DNA of 64,000 nucleotides from Trueperaceae bacterium (GTDB taxonomy: Bacteria > Deinococcota > Deinococci > Deinococcales > Trueperaceae): contig JBBDRK010000067.1 in the NCBI GenBank assembly GCA_040905465.1, positions 1 through 64,000 on the forward strand, in the 5' to 3' direction. The notes beneath the pieces were generated by a model, which did no database searches, was not told the DNA's origin, and saw only the letters and a list, made by a program, of their open reading frames with translations. Both the position numbers and the translations under genes were made by a program. Shown here piece by piece: positions 54,884-64,000 of the stretch (its first letter is position 1; every line of letters starts with the position of its first letter).

Positions 54884-56911
54884 CTAGTTGCCGAAGTACC
54901 ACTGATCGGGCCGTACCGGGTAGGTCCGCCCGTAGTTGAAGTGCTGAACCTGCCATTCCGTGACGTTGCGCAGGCTGTCCGCTACAACAGTCGGTCCCGG
55001 CAGATTGGAGACCAGGCCGATGATCGTCATGTTCTCCAGGTTGATTTGAACCAGCTCGCGACCGATTTCCAGGTAGCGCTCGGTCCCGGGCTGAATCGAC
55101 CGCCACTCCTCAGCCAGTTCGAACATGCGGGCCGCCCAGGGCGGAGGCTTCTCGCCCTCGCTGCCGCCGCTGTTGATCCAGTTGAGCCAGGGCACGCCGA
55201 ACAGGGGGCCTATGTCGGTGTAAGGAGGTATGTAGTAGTTGATCTGGCTGATGAGGTTCGGCTCGTACGGAGCGTCCCACTCCATGTTGATGTCGTTCTC
55301 GTTGTTCCACGCCTTTTCGCGGGTAAGGGCGCTGGTAATTTCGCGTGATTGAACCGAGATGCCCACGTCCCGCCAGTAGTCGCTCACCAGCTGCACCAGC
55401 TCGGGAGAGGCGAACTGCGACGAGTACTCCCACAGGATCTGCATGGGACGGCCGTCGGGGCGGACTCGCCTGCCGTCGGAGCCACGCGCCATGCCCATTT
55501 CGTCGAGGAGCGCATTGGCCCTGTCGACGTCGAAGTCGATCATGTAATTGCGGTCCGCATCCGTAGTGAACGGAGATTTGGGGGGCAGGGCCTGTTTGGG
55601 AGTGCCGAGGCCGAAGTAGAGGGTCTCGTTGAGCTCGTCACGGTCGATCGCCAGGGACATTGCCTGGCGGAAGCGCACGTCGCCGTAGATCTGACGGAGA
55701 ACCGGGTCACGGTGGGTGATGTTGAACGCGATATGGCTGCCGACCGAGCCTGGCGGCAATCGCATGGCGTACCCGCCGGCTGCCTCGTTCTCCTTCAGAA
55801 GCGGGTAGTCGGCCAGCCTGACCCCCTGGGCCTTCTGATGTACCTCGCCGTTCAGGATCGCGAGGATGTTCAGTTCCGGGTCGAGGAAGCGCTCGATATG
55901 GCGGTCGACGTACGGAAGCTGCTGTCCGCGCGTATCTACCTTGAAGTAGTAGGGGTTGGCGACGAAGACGCGGCGCTGCGTGTCCGCCTCGATCTCCAGG
56001 ACGTGGCTTTCGAGGGTGGGTCGCGTGAGGGCATGGGCGGTCAGGACCTCTGCGTCTTTCCACTTGTCCCAGATCTGGCCGAACCGCTGCGTCCAGCCGT
56101 CGAAACCCGCGTCGCGAGCCTCCTGATCGGCATTTTGGTTGTAGCTGATGTGATACGGCTTGTAATGTTCTGCCGGAGCGTACGGAGCGAAGTAGGAGCC
56201 GCCGGTGGCGAAGTAGTGGAGCAGGCCGGGATTGGGAGCCGCGAAGCGGAAGGTGAAGGTGAGGTCGTCGACCTTCTCCACGACCACCGGTTCTCCGGCC
56301 ACCAGCCAGGGCGCCGGGACTGTCCCGTGCAACTCCTGATTCTTGACCAGGTCATCGATGTAGAAGACGACGTCGTCTGCCGTGAATGGGGAACCGTCCG
56401 ACCACTTGTGCCCTTCGCGCAGCACGAAGGTGATCGCACTCAGGTCATCGTTCCAGGTCCACGACTTGGCGACGTTTGGCACTATCGTCCTCAGGTCGTC
56501 GCTCATCCTCACCAGGTTGACCTGCCGCCAGCTCAGGAACTCAGACGTGCCGGATTCCGGCGCGCGCGACGTGCCACGCAATGATCCGCCGTAGACGCCG
56601 CAGCTCTCATAAGGGATCACAACCAGCGGTTCGGCCGGAAGGCGCTCGTCAACAGGCGGAAGTTGGCCTGCCGCCACTGCTTGCGCGAAGAGCGGGTTGT
56701 CACTGAAGGTGAGCGAGGAACCGGTCTGCGCCTCGAGTTCCGCGAGTTCGAGCTGTTGCGGCCACTCCGCCGTGAGGCCGTTTGGCGCGGCAACCGTGAT
56801 GCACTCCTGTGCGGAAGCGACGAGCGTCAGTCCGGCGAGGGCGCTGAAAATCAGGCCTAAGAGGCAGGAGCGAGCGGTCGTGCTGGAATATCCAAGAACA
56901 TTTTTCGACAC
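54884..56911 (-). CDS. Peptide-type ABC substrate-binding protein (family 5, long form)
   Basis: G.LPPV.ERLP.EP, YGG, LREG.KWSDG.PFTADDV.F, NPYYFKVD..G.QLPY.D; AAGGAG RBS. Confidence 0.92.
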   Translation of the reverse strand: MSKNVLGYSSTTARSCLLGLIFSALAGLTLVASAQECITVAAPNGLTAEWPQQLELAELEAQTGSSLTFSDNPLFAQAVAAGQLPPVDERLPAEPLVVIPYESCGVYGGSLRGTSRAPESGTSEFLSWRQVNLVRMSDDLRTIVPNVAKSWTWNDDLSAITFVLREGHKWSDGSPFTADDVVFYIDDLVKNQELHGTVPAPWLVAGEPVVVEKVDDLTFTFRFAAPNPGLLHYFATGGSYFAPYAPAEHYKPYHISYNQNADQEARDAGFDGWTQRFGQIWDKWKDAEVLTAHALTRPTLESHVLEIEADTQRRVFVANPYYFKVDTRGQQLPYVDRHIERFLDPELNILAILNGEVHQKAQGVRLADYPLLKENEAAGGYAMRLPPGSVGSHIAFNITHRDPVLRQIYGDVRFRQAMSLAIDRDELNETLYFGLGTPKQALPPKSPFTTDADRNYMIDFDVDRANALLDEMGMARGSDGRRVRPDGRPMQILWEYSSQFASPELVQLVSDYWRDVGISVQSREITSALTREKAWNNENDINMEWDAPYEPNLISQINYYIPPYTDIGPLFGVPWLNWINSGGSEGEKPPPWAARMFELAEEWRSIQPGTERYLEIGRELVQINLENMTIIGLVSNLPGPTVVADSLRNVTEWQVQHFNYGRTYPVRPDQWYFGN

Positions 56912-57157
56912 TGCAGACTCTCCTTGTGCTCGAGTTCGAGTCGGATTTTCGGTTGCTGGCCTTCCGCCGGGTACGGCTCAACTGGAGGTTCGTGCGGTCT
57001 CCGAGCAAGCGGTTGATCTGGCGGGGGCAGGTAGCCGATTCCGAACGCTAGCGGCGCGTGGCCGGACCGGTAATCTCGAATTTCGTCCTTTCTCCGATGG
57101 CTGCGAACGGGAGCGGTGAAGCGACCGCAAAGCAGCCACTTCGGAGGGAATGCGAAT

Positions 57158-57200
57158 TTGGTATAGGCCAGAGTGTAGCCAAGCGCGTAGGTGATGTCAA
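57158..57200 (-). promoter_or_regulatory. Promoter with HutC/DasR-like operator
   Basis: TTGACA(57200-57195)-17 bp-TACACT(57177-57172) followed by TGGTATAGGCCA (57159-57170). Confidence 0.7.
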
Positions 57201-57277
57201 GTGAGAAGCAACTCCTCCGCGTGCCGCGACGAGATGATCGTGTTGCCTTCGGAAGAGTCCGACCTCGGTTTGCAGAC

Positions 57278-58471
57278 TTACTCGAGTGGGCGGAGCCTCT
57301 CCCACCAGGGCTTTTGTTCGCCGTCGCCAACATAGTGGCCGTCGGCCGGGGCGACAACGTCAGGAGTGCTGCCGGAGCGCGAACTGTCGCTATCCGGCTC
57401 GGGCGGGCACGCCAGGGGGAGACCGCGTTCGACCAGGAGTTCGACCGCCAATCGTGAAAGTCCCAGGCAGGACGAAAGGCCGGTCGATCGGATGCCGGCG
57501 ATGTTGAGAAGCGACGGTGTTCGCTCGGACCAGTCGACTATGTAGCTGTGTGGATGCCCGACCGGCCTCAGTCCCGCCCACGAGCCGACCACTTCCAGGT
57601 TCTTCAGCGGTGGAAAGAGCTCTACCGCCTGCTCTGTTATCGCCTCGAGTTCGGAGGCTCGCGGTTTCCAGTCGTCCTTGTCCACCTGGTCGACGGCACT
57701 GGGACCGGCGCAGATGTTGCCGTGAACTGTCGGGAATACCAATACGCCCTTTGTCCGCTCGTTGGGTACGGGCAGCAGGATGTGAGCGAGGGAGATGCTG
57801 TCTGCTCTGCCGTACACCACGAACTCGCCTCGCCGCGGGGAGATGCGAAACGAGTCGTCACCCGCAACCTCATCGGCGTACAGGCCGGCGCAGTTCACTG
57901 CATAGTCGGCCGACACGGTTCCGGCGGGACCGACCACTCGTAGCGACGCACCAGACTGTTCGATCCGCGTTACCGGCCAACTGAGGCGCACCTCCGGGCC
58001 ACCGGTGAGGAGTCGCCTGACTGCCTCGTACGGGTCGGTAATGGCTTCGCCCGGCACCAGCAGCGCTGCCTCTGCCACCACAGCAGGTTCGAACCGCCTT
58101 AGCCGTTCCCCCGTCACGATCTCGGTGTCGACTCCGTTCCGTTCGGCGTTTTCGGCGAGTCCGTTCAAGGCAGCCAACTGGCTCTCGCTGTTGGCGAGCA
58201 CCAGTGCCCCCGGCGTCCGATGGGGAATTCGGAGCTCGTCGAATACCCTGCGCCAGCGCCTGCCTTGCGCGAGTATCATGCGCGCCTCGAGGCTTTGCGG
58301 GGCCGCGTCGAAACCGGTGCACAAGATGCCCGAGTTCGAGCGGCTCGCTCCGGCGGCAATTTGCGGTGCCGCCTCCAGAACCACGGTTTTCACCCCGGCG
58401 CCGTGTAGTTCCCTCGCTACGGCCGCCCCAACGAGCCCGGCCCCTACGACCGCTACCTGGAACTGCTCCAC
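57278..58471 (-). CDS. FAD-dependent oxidoreductase (GlpA/LhgO-like), paralogue of 49333-50490
   Basis: GAGLVG, GASRSNSGIL, NCAGLYAD, RRGEF, IRSTGLS, PWW.RL. Confidence 0.87.
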   Translation of the reverse strand: MEQFQVAVVGAGLVGAAVARELHGAGVKTVVLEAAPQIAAGASRSNSGILCTGFDAAPQSLEARMILAQGRRWRRVFDELRIPHRTPGALVLANSESQLAALNGLAENAERNGVDTEIVTGERLRRFEPAVVAEAALLVPGEAITDPYEAVRRLLTGGPEVRLSWPVTRIEQSGASLRVVGPAGTVSADYAVNCAGLYADEVAGDDSFRISPRRGEFVVYGRADSISLAHILLPVPNERTKGVLVFPTVHGNICAGPSAVDQVDKDDWKPRASELEAITEQAVELFPPLKNLEVVGSWAGLRPVGHPHSYIVDWSERTPSLLNIAGIRSTGLSSCLGLSRLAVELLVERGLPLACPPEPDSDSSRSGSTPDVVAPADGHYVGDGEQKPWWERLRPLE

Positions 58472-58519
58472 GCCGAACCTCCACGCCCTGCAACTGTCCC
58501 GAGAGTCGTCCCCAACGCC

Positions 58520-59281
58520 TCACTCACCGCGGCCGGCGGCTGCCGTGGTGAACACGATGCGGTCGCCGCGATAGTAATCCCTTGCGAACTCGACCGGAAT
58601 CCCCGAGCTGTTCCAGGCGATCCGGGTGACCCGAAACGCCATCACGTCGGGTCGGGTTTCGAGTGCACGTGCTCGAGCGGCGCCCAACTGGGTGAGCTCA
58701 AGCTCCTGATGGAAGCGCTGCAGCCTCTGTCCGTACTGGTCTTGCAGTAGGCCGTAGACGGAGTAGGTGGTGAGATCGTGCGCGAGCAGGCCGGGGAAAC
58801 ACTGCTCCGGAAAGTAGGATTCCTCCAGGACCAGTGGTTCTCCGTTGCCCGTGCGTTGGCGTATCACCTGGTGGACGCGGTCCTGACGACCCAACTCCAA
58901 CGCTGCACCTACCTCGGAGGGAACGGCGCTCGCGCGAGCCGTGCGTGCCTGTATCAACGATGCACCCGGGATTATGCCCACACCCTTGAACTGGTCGGTC
59001 AGTCCGGCCGTGGTGGATAGGCTGAGCCGAACCTTCGGCTGAGCGACGTAGGTGCCGGACCGGTCCTTGCGCTCGACGATCCCCCGTTGCGCAAGGTGCT
59101 CTACCGCCGCCCTGGCCGTCATCCGCGAAATTCCATACTGATCCGCCAACTTTCGTTCGGCGGGTATGCGCGAGCCGGGCGGCATCTCACCGCGTTCAAT
59201 CTGCCACGCGATCTGCTCGGCCACCTTACGGAAGGCCGGCGTCGCACTCTGAGCTTCAGCACTGATGGGCAAGTCGATCAT
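58520..59281 (-). CDS. GntR family regulator, HutC/UTRA type
   Basis: IPAERKLA..YGISRMT.R.A, GTYV, GEPL..E, P.E....YRGD. Confidence 0.92.
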   Translation of the reverse strand: MIDLPISAEAQSATPAFRKVAEQIAWQIERGEMPPGSRIPAERKLADQYGISRMTARAAVEHLAQRGIVERKDRSGTYVAQPKVRLSLSTTAGLTDQFKGVGIIPGASLIQARTARASAVPSEVGAALELGRQDRVHQVIRQRTGNGEPLVLEESYFPEQCFPGLLAHDLTTYSVYGLLQDQYGQRLQRFHQELELTQLGAARARALETRPDVMAFRVTRIAWNSSGIPVEFARDYYRGDRIVFTTAAAGRGE

Positions 59282-59305
59282 CCCCGGAGTTCGGCGTCAG
59301 TGGTA

Positions 59306-59320
59306 CTGGTATGGTCCAGA
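59306..59320. promoter_or_regulatory. Candidate autoregulatory HutC-type operator
   Basis: CTGGTATGGTCCAGA, similar to TTGGTATAGGCCAGA at 57158. Confidence 0.55.
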
Positions 59321-59390
59321 TAACGCCGAATTGTAGCCAACGCAGGTGCCGCGGGTCAACGAGAGGTATTGGAGCAGCCCGAATCGCGAA

Positions 59391-60407
59391 CTATGCCGGT
59401 GCCCTGCCGATACTCTGCCTGACTACTAGTTTGGGCGTGGTAACGATCCGCTTCGATTCGAGGCTGGTTTCCCTGATGCGAGTGATGACCCGAAGTACCG
59501 CCTCGGTCGCCAGTTGCGCCGAGGCCTGGTCCACTGAGGTGAGCCCAACCGGTGCGTTGGACGCAAGGTAGGAGTTGTCGTAACCGACCAGCGACACCTG
59601 TTGTGGGACGCGAAGACCCTTCTCCAAGAGAACTCTGAGGACCCCGATGGCGGAGTAGTCGTTGGCGGCGAAAATGGCTGTGGGCACGTCAGCATGCAGA
59701 AACAGTCCGGCCGCAGCCTTCTCGCCGCCTTCGCTGGTGTAGTTACCTGGCACGATCAGCGCTTCCGAGCCGAGCCCGTTCTCGCGCATGGCGGCCAGGT
59801 AGCCCATGCGCCTTTCCTCCGCTCCTGCGCCGCGCCCGCCATCGAGATGCGCTATCCGTCGGTGCCCCAACTGCACCAGATGTTCCACCACCAGGCGGGC
59901 CCCGGCTTCATCGTCCACGTAGACCGCATCCATATTCGGTAGCGAAACGTTTCGGCCTATCGTGGCGCAGGGGATCTCGTCAGCGATCTTGGCGATCTGT
60001 TCGTCGGTCAGTGGGACTCCGACGAACATGAGCCCTGCGATCTGCGTTGCCATCAGCGTTTGCATCGCATGGAAGGATTGGTCGCCGTCCAAGGAGACGG
60101 TGCTCAGGATCACCTCGTACCCCTCCCGGTAGCCCACATCCGCTGCCTTCGCCGCGATCGCCGCATGGTGCGGGTTTTTCAGGGTTCCGATGAGGAGCCC
60201 GAGGACCTTGCTGCTGGCACTGGCAAGGCTTCTTGCGCTGACGTTGGGGAAGTAGGAAAGCCGGCGGGCCGCCTCGAGGATCGCCGTTCGTGAGCGGGCC
60301 GCTACGCCCGGTTCACCACGCAGTGCAAGGGAGGCCAGCGAACGCGAAACGCCGGCGACGCGAGCCACGTCCTCGAGGGTCGGCCGTTTCGTCTGGGCGT
60401 TCTTCAC
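59391..60407 (-). CDS. LacI family regulator
   Basis: TLEDVARVAGVS, Y.PN..ARSL, LGHRRIA, PTAIFAAND, VP..VS.VGYD. Confidence 0.93.
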   Translation of the reverse strand: MKNAQTKRPTLEDVARVAGVSRSLASLALRGEPGVAARSRTAILEAARRLSYFPNVSARSLASASSKVLGLLIGTLKNPHHAAIAAKAADVGYREGYEVILSTVSLDGDQSFHAMQTLMATQIAGLMFVGVPLTDEQIAKIADEIPCATIGRNVSLPNMDAVYVDDEAGARLVVEHLVQLGHRRIAHLDGGRGAGAEERRMGYLAAMRENGLGSEALIVPGNYTSEGGEKAAAGLFLHADVPTAIFAANDYSAIGVLRVLLEKGLRVPQQVSLVGYDNSYLASNAPVGLTSVDQASAQLATEAVLRVITRIRETSLESKRIVTTPKLVVRQSIGRAPA

Positions 60408-61336
60408 GTCGTTGCGATCAGCGATCGCAGAAGCTCGACCGATTCGGTAACGCCGTCGAGGGGCGGCTGATCCACGTCTTCATGCTCGATGCTCAGGACG
60501 TCGTTGTAACCGCTCCGACTTAGCGCAGAGCAGAACTCGCCCCAGAAGGCGGACTGTCGGCCGTGCCCGAGCGTCACGTAGTTCCAACTTCTTCTAGCGT
60601 GGTCCGCTGCCGGCCTGGTTTGGACGAGGCCATTTACCGGGAGCAGCTCGGGGTTTGTTCGAGTGTCCTTGGCGTGGACATGGTAGATGAACTCTCCCAA
60701 CGCCTCGACAGCGGCAATCGGGTCGGCCCCCATCCACATCAGGTGACTGGGGTCGAGGTTCACTCCCACCACATCTCCGATCGCCTCGCGTAGCCTGAAG
60801 AACGTCTCGACGTTATAGACGTTCTGATGGCCGTGAAGTTCCAGACACAGGTCGATTCCCCTGGCCCGCGCGTAGGGGGCCAACTCTCGCCAGTACGGCA
60901 ATACCGACTCGTTCCACTGCCACTCCAGAATCCGCGTCGTCTCCGGAGGCCAAGCGACGGTTACCCAGTTGGGGTGGAGGTCGCCGGGACCGCCGGGGCA
61001 ACCCGACATCATGACTACTCGACGCACTCCGAGCAGTGCGGCCAGATCTATGGTCCAACGGGTGATGCGCGCATGCTCCTCGCCGCTGGGACCAGGGTGC
61101 AACGGATTCCCCGAACAGTTCAGAGCGCTGATCTCAAGGCCGTGTTCCTCGATCCTTGCCGTAAAGTTGCGTCTCAGTGGTTCGCTGCCCAGCAGTTCAC
61201 CGATCGCCAGGTGCGGTGCCCCCGACCAGCATCCGGTTCCGAACTCGAGGCAATCCAAGGACAGACCGGCGGCCGTGGTCAGCAATGTGTCGAGTGACAG
61301 TCGATCCAGACTATCCGTCACGAGTCCGATCTTCAT
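60404..61336 (-). CDS. Sugar phosphate isomerase/epimerase (TIM barrel)
   Basis: NCSGNPLHP, MSGCPG, LELH, NLDPSHL.W.G.DP, HVHAKD, SIEHED. Confidence 0.9.
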   Translation of the reverse strand: MKIGLVTDSLDRLSLDTLLTTAAGLSLDCLEFGTGCWSGAPHLAIGELLGSEPLRRNFTARIEEHGLEISALNCSGNPLHPGPSGEEHARITRWTIDLAALLGVRRVVMMSGCPGGPGDLHPNWVTVAWPPETTRILEWQWNESVLPYWRELAPYARARGIDLCLELHGHQNVYNVETFFRLREAIGDVVGVNLDPSHLMWMGADPIAAVEALGEFIYHVHAKDTRTNPELLPVNGLVQTRPAADHARRSWNYVTLGHGRQSAFWGEFCSALSRSGYNDVLSIEHEDVDQPPLDGVTESVELLRSLIATT

Positions 61337-61339
61337 AGG

Positions 61340-62518
61340 CTATCCCTTGACTCCCTCGACGGCCCCTCGAACGTCGGCGACGGCTATGCCGTTGCCGGAA
61401 CCGACCGCTTGCTCCACGGCCGCTATCACCAGCGCTACCTCGTATCCGTCATCGAATCCACCGTCGGTAAAGGGTTCACCCCTGCTGGCGGCGTCGAGGT
61501 AGTCGTGTATCTGCATGGCGAATACTTCAGCGTAACCGAATCCCACACCTCGTACCGGCACGGTCAGTGTCTGGAAGAACGCGTCGTCCGGGCCCGCCTC
61601 CACTCGCCTGAATCCCGGCGAAGCCTGGCGTCTCGAGGCGACCTCGTACTCAGCCATCCTGGCGTAGTCGAACCTGACGGTCTGCTCTCGTCCGAGCAGT
61701 ACGAACGACAAACCGTTCCCGTATCCGGCGGCGACGCGGCTCATGGTCAGCTGGGCCAGGCAGCCGTTTGCGAACGTCAACGTCGCCGAGACCAGGTCCT
61801 CATTGTCGACGCTCCCTGTCTCTTCGCTGCTAGCGCTGGCTCGACTGTCGCTACCCCCCTGTAGGAGTGGACGGGTGGTGATTACGGTCCTCGCCTGGGC
61901 GCTGTCCACACGCACGATCTCGCCGCAGCAACAGCGTGCCAGATCGATTAGGTGCGAGCCGACGTCGGCGAGGACGCCCGGGCCGGCCAGAGAGCGTCGG
62001 TACCTCCAGGAGAGCGGCGACTCGGGATCGGCCCCGTAGTCCGCTAGGTATTGACCCTGGAAGTGCAGGAGATCGCCGAATCTTCCCCGTTGCGCCAGTT
62101 CACGAATCGCCGATACGGCAGGTATCCGCCGGTAGTTGAAGACGGTGCCGGCGGTAACGCCCGCGTCCTTTGCCGCGCAGTTCAGCTGGTACGCGTCGGC
62201 CACGTCGTTCGCCAGCGGCTTCTCGCAAAGTACGTTCTTGCCTGCCGCCATCAGGGCCAACGCGATTCTATGGTGGAGGTGGTTCGGAACGGCGAGACTG
62301 ACCACGTCGACGCGGTCGTCGTGAAGCAACTCCTCCCACTGCCGCCCGCATTCGGCGAACGAGAATCGCGAGGCCAGCCTGTCCGCCGCTTCGCCGTCCT
62401 CGTCCACGATCTTGACGAGTGATACCGGGACCGCCTGGGGGAAGGTGCTTTGCAGGCGATAACCCTGGGCATGCGCCGCACCGATGGTGCCTGCGCCAAC
62501 GATCGCTACTCCGAGCAT
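61340..62518 (-). CDS. Gfo/Idh/MocA oxidoreductase (inositol/levoglucosan dehydrogenase-like)
   Basis: GAG.IG..H, PNHLH, CEKPLA, FNYRR.PA, P.SWR, G.L.D.GSH. Confidence 0.9.
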   Translation of the reverse strand: MLGVAIVGAGTIGAAHAQGYRLQSTFPQAVPVSLVKIVDEDGEAADRLASRFSFAECGRQWEELLHDDRVDVVSLAVPNHLHHRIALALMAAGKNVLCEKPLANDVADAYQLNCAAKDAGVTAGTVFNYRRIPAVSAIRELAQRGRFGDLLHFQGQYLADYGADPESPLSWRYRRSLAGPGVLADVGSHLIDLARCCCGEIVRVDSAQARTVITTRPLLQGGSDSRASASSEETGSVDNEDLVSATLTFANGCLAQLTMSRVAAGYGNGLSFVLLGREQTVRFDYARMAEYEVASRRQASPGFRRVEAGPDDAFFQTLTVPVRGVGFGYAEVFAMQIHDYLDAASRGEPFTDGGFDDGYEVALVIAAVEQAVGSGNGIAVADVRGAVEGVKG

Positions 62519-62534
62519 TCCCTACCTCTTTTTC

Positions 62535-62723
62535 TGGAGCGCTCCAAGCAATGAGATCGCATAAATATAAAAATTGCTGTCTGAGCTGCCGTTTGTCAAG
62601 TCGGGGCTGTATGCGCACCAGGTCGCAAGCGGACCGGCAAACCGGCAAACCGGTCATTGTTGACATAACCCGGTGACTTGTGCCAATAATGCACGTCAAA
62701 CATTCATCTGTTGGAGCGCTCTA
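62535..62723. promoter_or_regulatory. Divergent promoters, each with a LacI operator
   Basis: TGGAGCGCTCCA (62535-62546) and TTGGAGCGCTCTA (62711-62723); TTGACA on minus (62599-62594) and on plus (62660). Confidence 0.72.
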
Positions 62724-62729
62724 TTTTCC

Positions 62730-63055
62730 CGCCGGGGCTTCCATGGCGGCTGGCCGGTAGAGGACTATCTGCGCGATCGGGTCGAAACGCTGGTCTCGCT
62801 GATTCCCGACGCCGTCGAGTTCTACATACGAGACAGTTTCGTCATGCAGGCGATCGGCGACGGCTTCAACCTCGTGCAGTTCGTTCACGAGTACTTGCCC
62901 GGGTCGTACGTCGACGTCTGGACAATTGACCATGGGAAACCCTGGACGGCGAAACGATGATTGCTGCCCTCGAGGCCGGCGCTGACCAGATCACCACCAA
63001 CACCGCCTCTGACTGGGCCGACGTACTGGCCAAGTCGTCGATCACTGCCGGCTAG
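62730..63055 (+). pseudogene. 3' remnant of a glycerophosphodiester phosphodiesterase (GDPD)-like gene
   Basis: VDVWTID then a frameshift near 62950 into MIAALEAGADQITTNT..W, stop at 63053-63055; no start or 5' part. Confidence 0.68.
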
Positions 63056-63304
63056 AGCCGATAGTCCAAACAGTCCCTTCGGGAGAGAGTCGTGCGGCAA
63101 CGGGTGGGCCCCCTACTACTGCAGGGTCAGCTCACCTGGATCGATCGGACGGTTCTGCCTCTCCGGCTCGGCATCACTATGTCCTTTCGGGCCCGTGGGC
63201 CGCTTGCTGCGGGCGCTCTATCTGGAAGCTAGCACGCTTCCGCTAGTAATACAAGCATTTTATGGTATAAGTCTAGCATTGCTCCCCCAAGGAGGGAAAA
63301 CCCA

Positions 63305-63925
63305 GTGCCCAACCTCACCTCCGTCGATCGAAATCAGGCACACAGTCCGGCACCGTCCAACAAGAGTTCGGCGGCTCTCGTTCAACAACTCATAGCGAAC
63401 CTCGGCGAGGACCCCACCCGCGAGGGCCTTCGAGGTACACCCGAGCGCGTCGACCGCTCACTGCAGTTTCTCACCAGCGGCTACAGCGCCGTGCCGTGCG
63501 AAGTCATAAACGGAGCGCTGTTCGAGTCCGAGGGTTCGGAGATGGTGGTAGTAAAGGGTATCGATTTCTACTCCATGTGTGAACACCACCTGCTCCCCTT
63601 CTTCGGCAAGGCACACATCGCGTACATCCCCAGGGACAAGATCCTTGGACTGAGCAAATTCGCTCGCATTGTCGACGTCTTCGCGCGACGACTGCAACTA
63701 CAGGAGAGACTCACTCAACAAGTGGCCGACGCCCTTATGGAGCTCCTCGACCCACTGGGAATTGCCGTGGTCACCGACGCGAGCCACCTCTGCATGATGA
63801 TGAGGGGCGTGCAAAAACAGGGGTCCACGACCCGAACCAGCGCGACACGTGGCGTCTTCGGCGAAGTAGCGGATGTTCGCCGGGAGTTCCTCGACTCCCT
63901 CGGCTCGTCCGTATCCGGCGTGTAA
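63305..63925 (+). CDS. folE: GTP cyclohydrolase I
   Basis: GEDP.REGL..TP.RV, SMCEHH.LPF.G, GLSK.AR, R.Q.QERLT, H.CM.MRGV; AAGGAGG RBS. Confidence 0.96.
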   Translation: MPNLTSVDRNQAHSPAPSNKSSAALVQQLIANLGEDPTREGLRGTPERVDRSLQFLTSGYSAVPCEVINGALFESEGSEMVVVKGIDFYSMCEHHLLPFFGKAHIAYIPRDKILGLSKFARIVDVFARRLQLQERLTQQVADALMELLDPLGIAVVTDASHLCMMMRGVQKQGSTTRTSATRGVFGEVADVRREFLDSLGSSVSGV

Positions 63926-64000
63926 GCCGGATCGCGCAAGATCTTCGTGGCTCAACGACTCTTTTCGGCTAGCGCGTTGAGCCAGACTTCGGCGTGGCGC

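Noticed and set aside
62632..62655. ACCGGCAA tandem repeat in the divergent promoter region
   Set aside because: Only two and a half short units; no spacer structure or supportable function
1..64000. CRISPR arrays, tRNA/rRNA, prophage, integrase, defence systems
   Set aside because: No regularly spaced repeats, cloverleafs or diagnostic protein motifs seen

Overview
This is a high-GC, gene-dense bacterial window. It is inferred to be Deinococcota, probably Trueperaceae-like, from the many leaderless promoters and the style of the solute-binding proteins. It is mostly back-to-back catabolic and uptake modules. (1) 0.1-10 kb: a sugar ABC transporter with a phosphodiester glycosidase and a HAD hydrolase, divergent from an RraA/FadR/SDR/enolase/NTF2-RidA operon. 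(2) About 11 kb: a scar of IS481 and IS110 fragments. (3) 11.5-26.7 kb: two convergent operons that share an upstream motif and encode a three-subunit molybdenum hydroxylase, several hydrolases and a split peptide-type ABC transporter, with an aldolase and a decarboxylase-like gene alongside. This is a candidate uncharacterised N-heterocycle degradation pathway with no visible oxygenase. (4) 26.8-39.6 kb: a LacI regulon with a near-identical operator at two promoters, encoding a non-canonical sialidase-fold protein, redox enzymes, an isomerase, an aldolase and another split ABC transporter. (5) 39.8-46 kb: sppA, two ArsR-SRPBCC pairs, a VOC gene, other small genes and pseudogenes. (6) 46-63 kb: a HutC-type module (atypical glycerol kinase, two GlpA-like flavoproteins, phosphodiesterase, inositol monophosphatase, complete ABC transporter) next to a LacI/Gfo-Idh-MocA/isomerase unit and a broken glycerophosphodiester phosphodiesterase gene, then folE. 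I saw no CRISPR array, rRNA, tRNA or intact mobile element. All product calls come from motif recognition, not database searches, and substrates are inferences.
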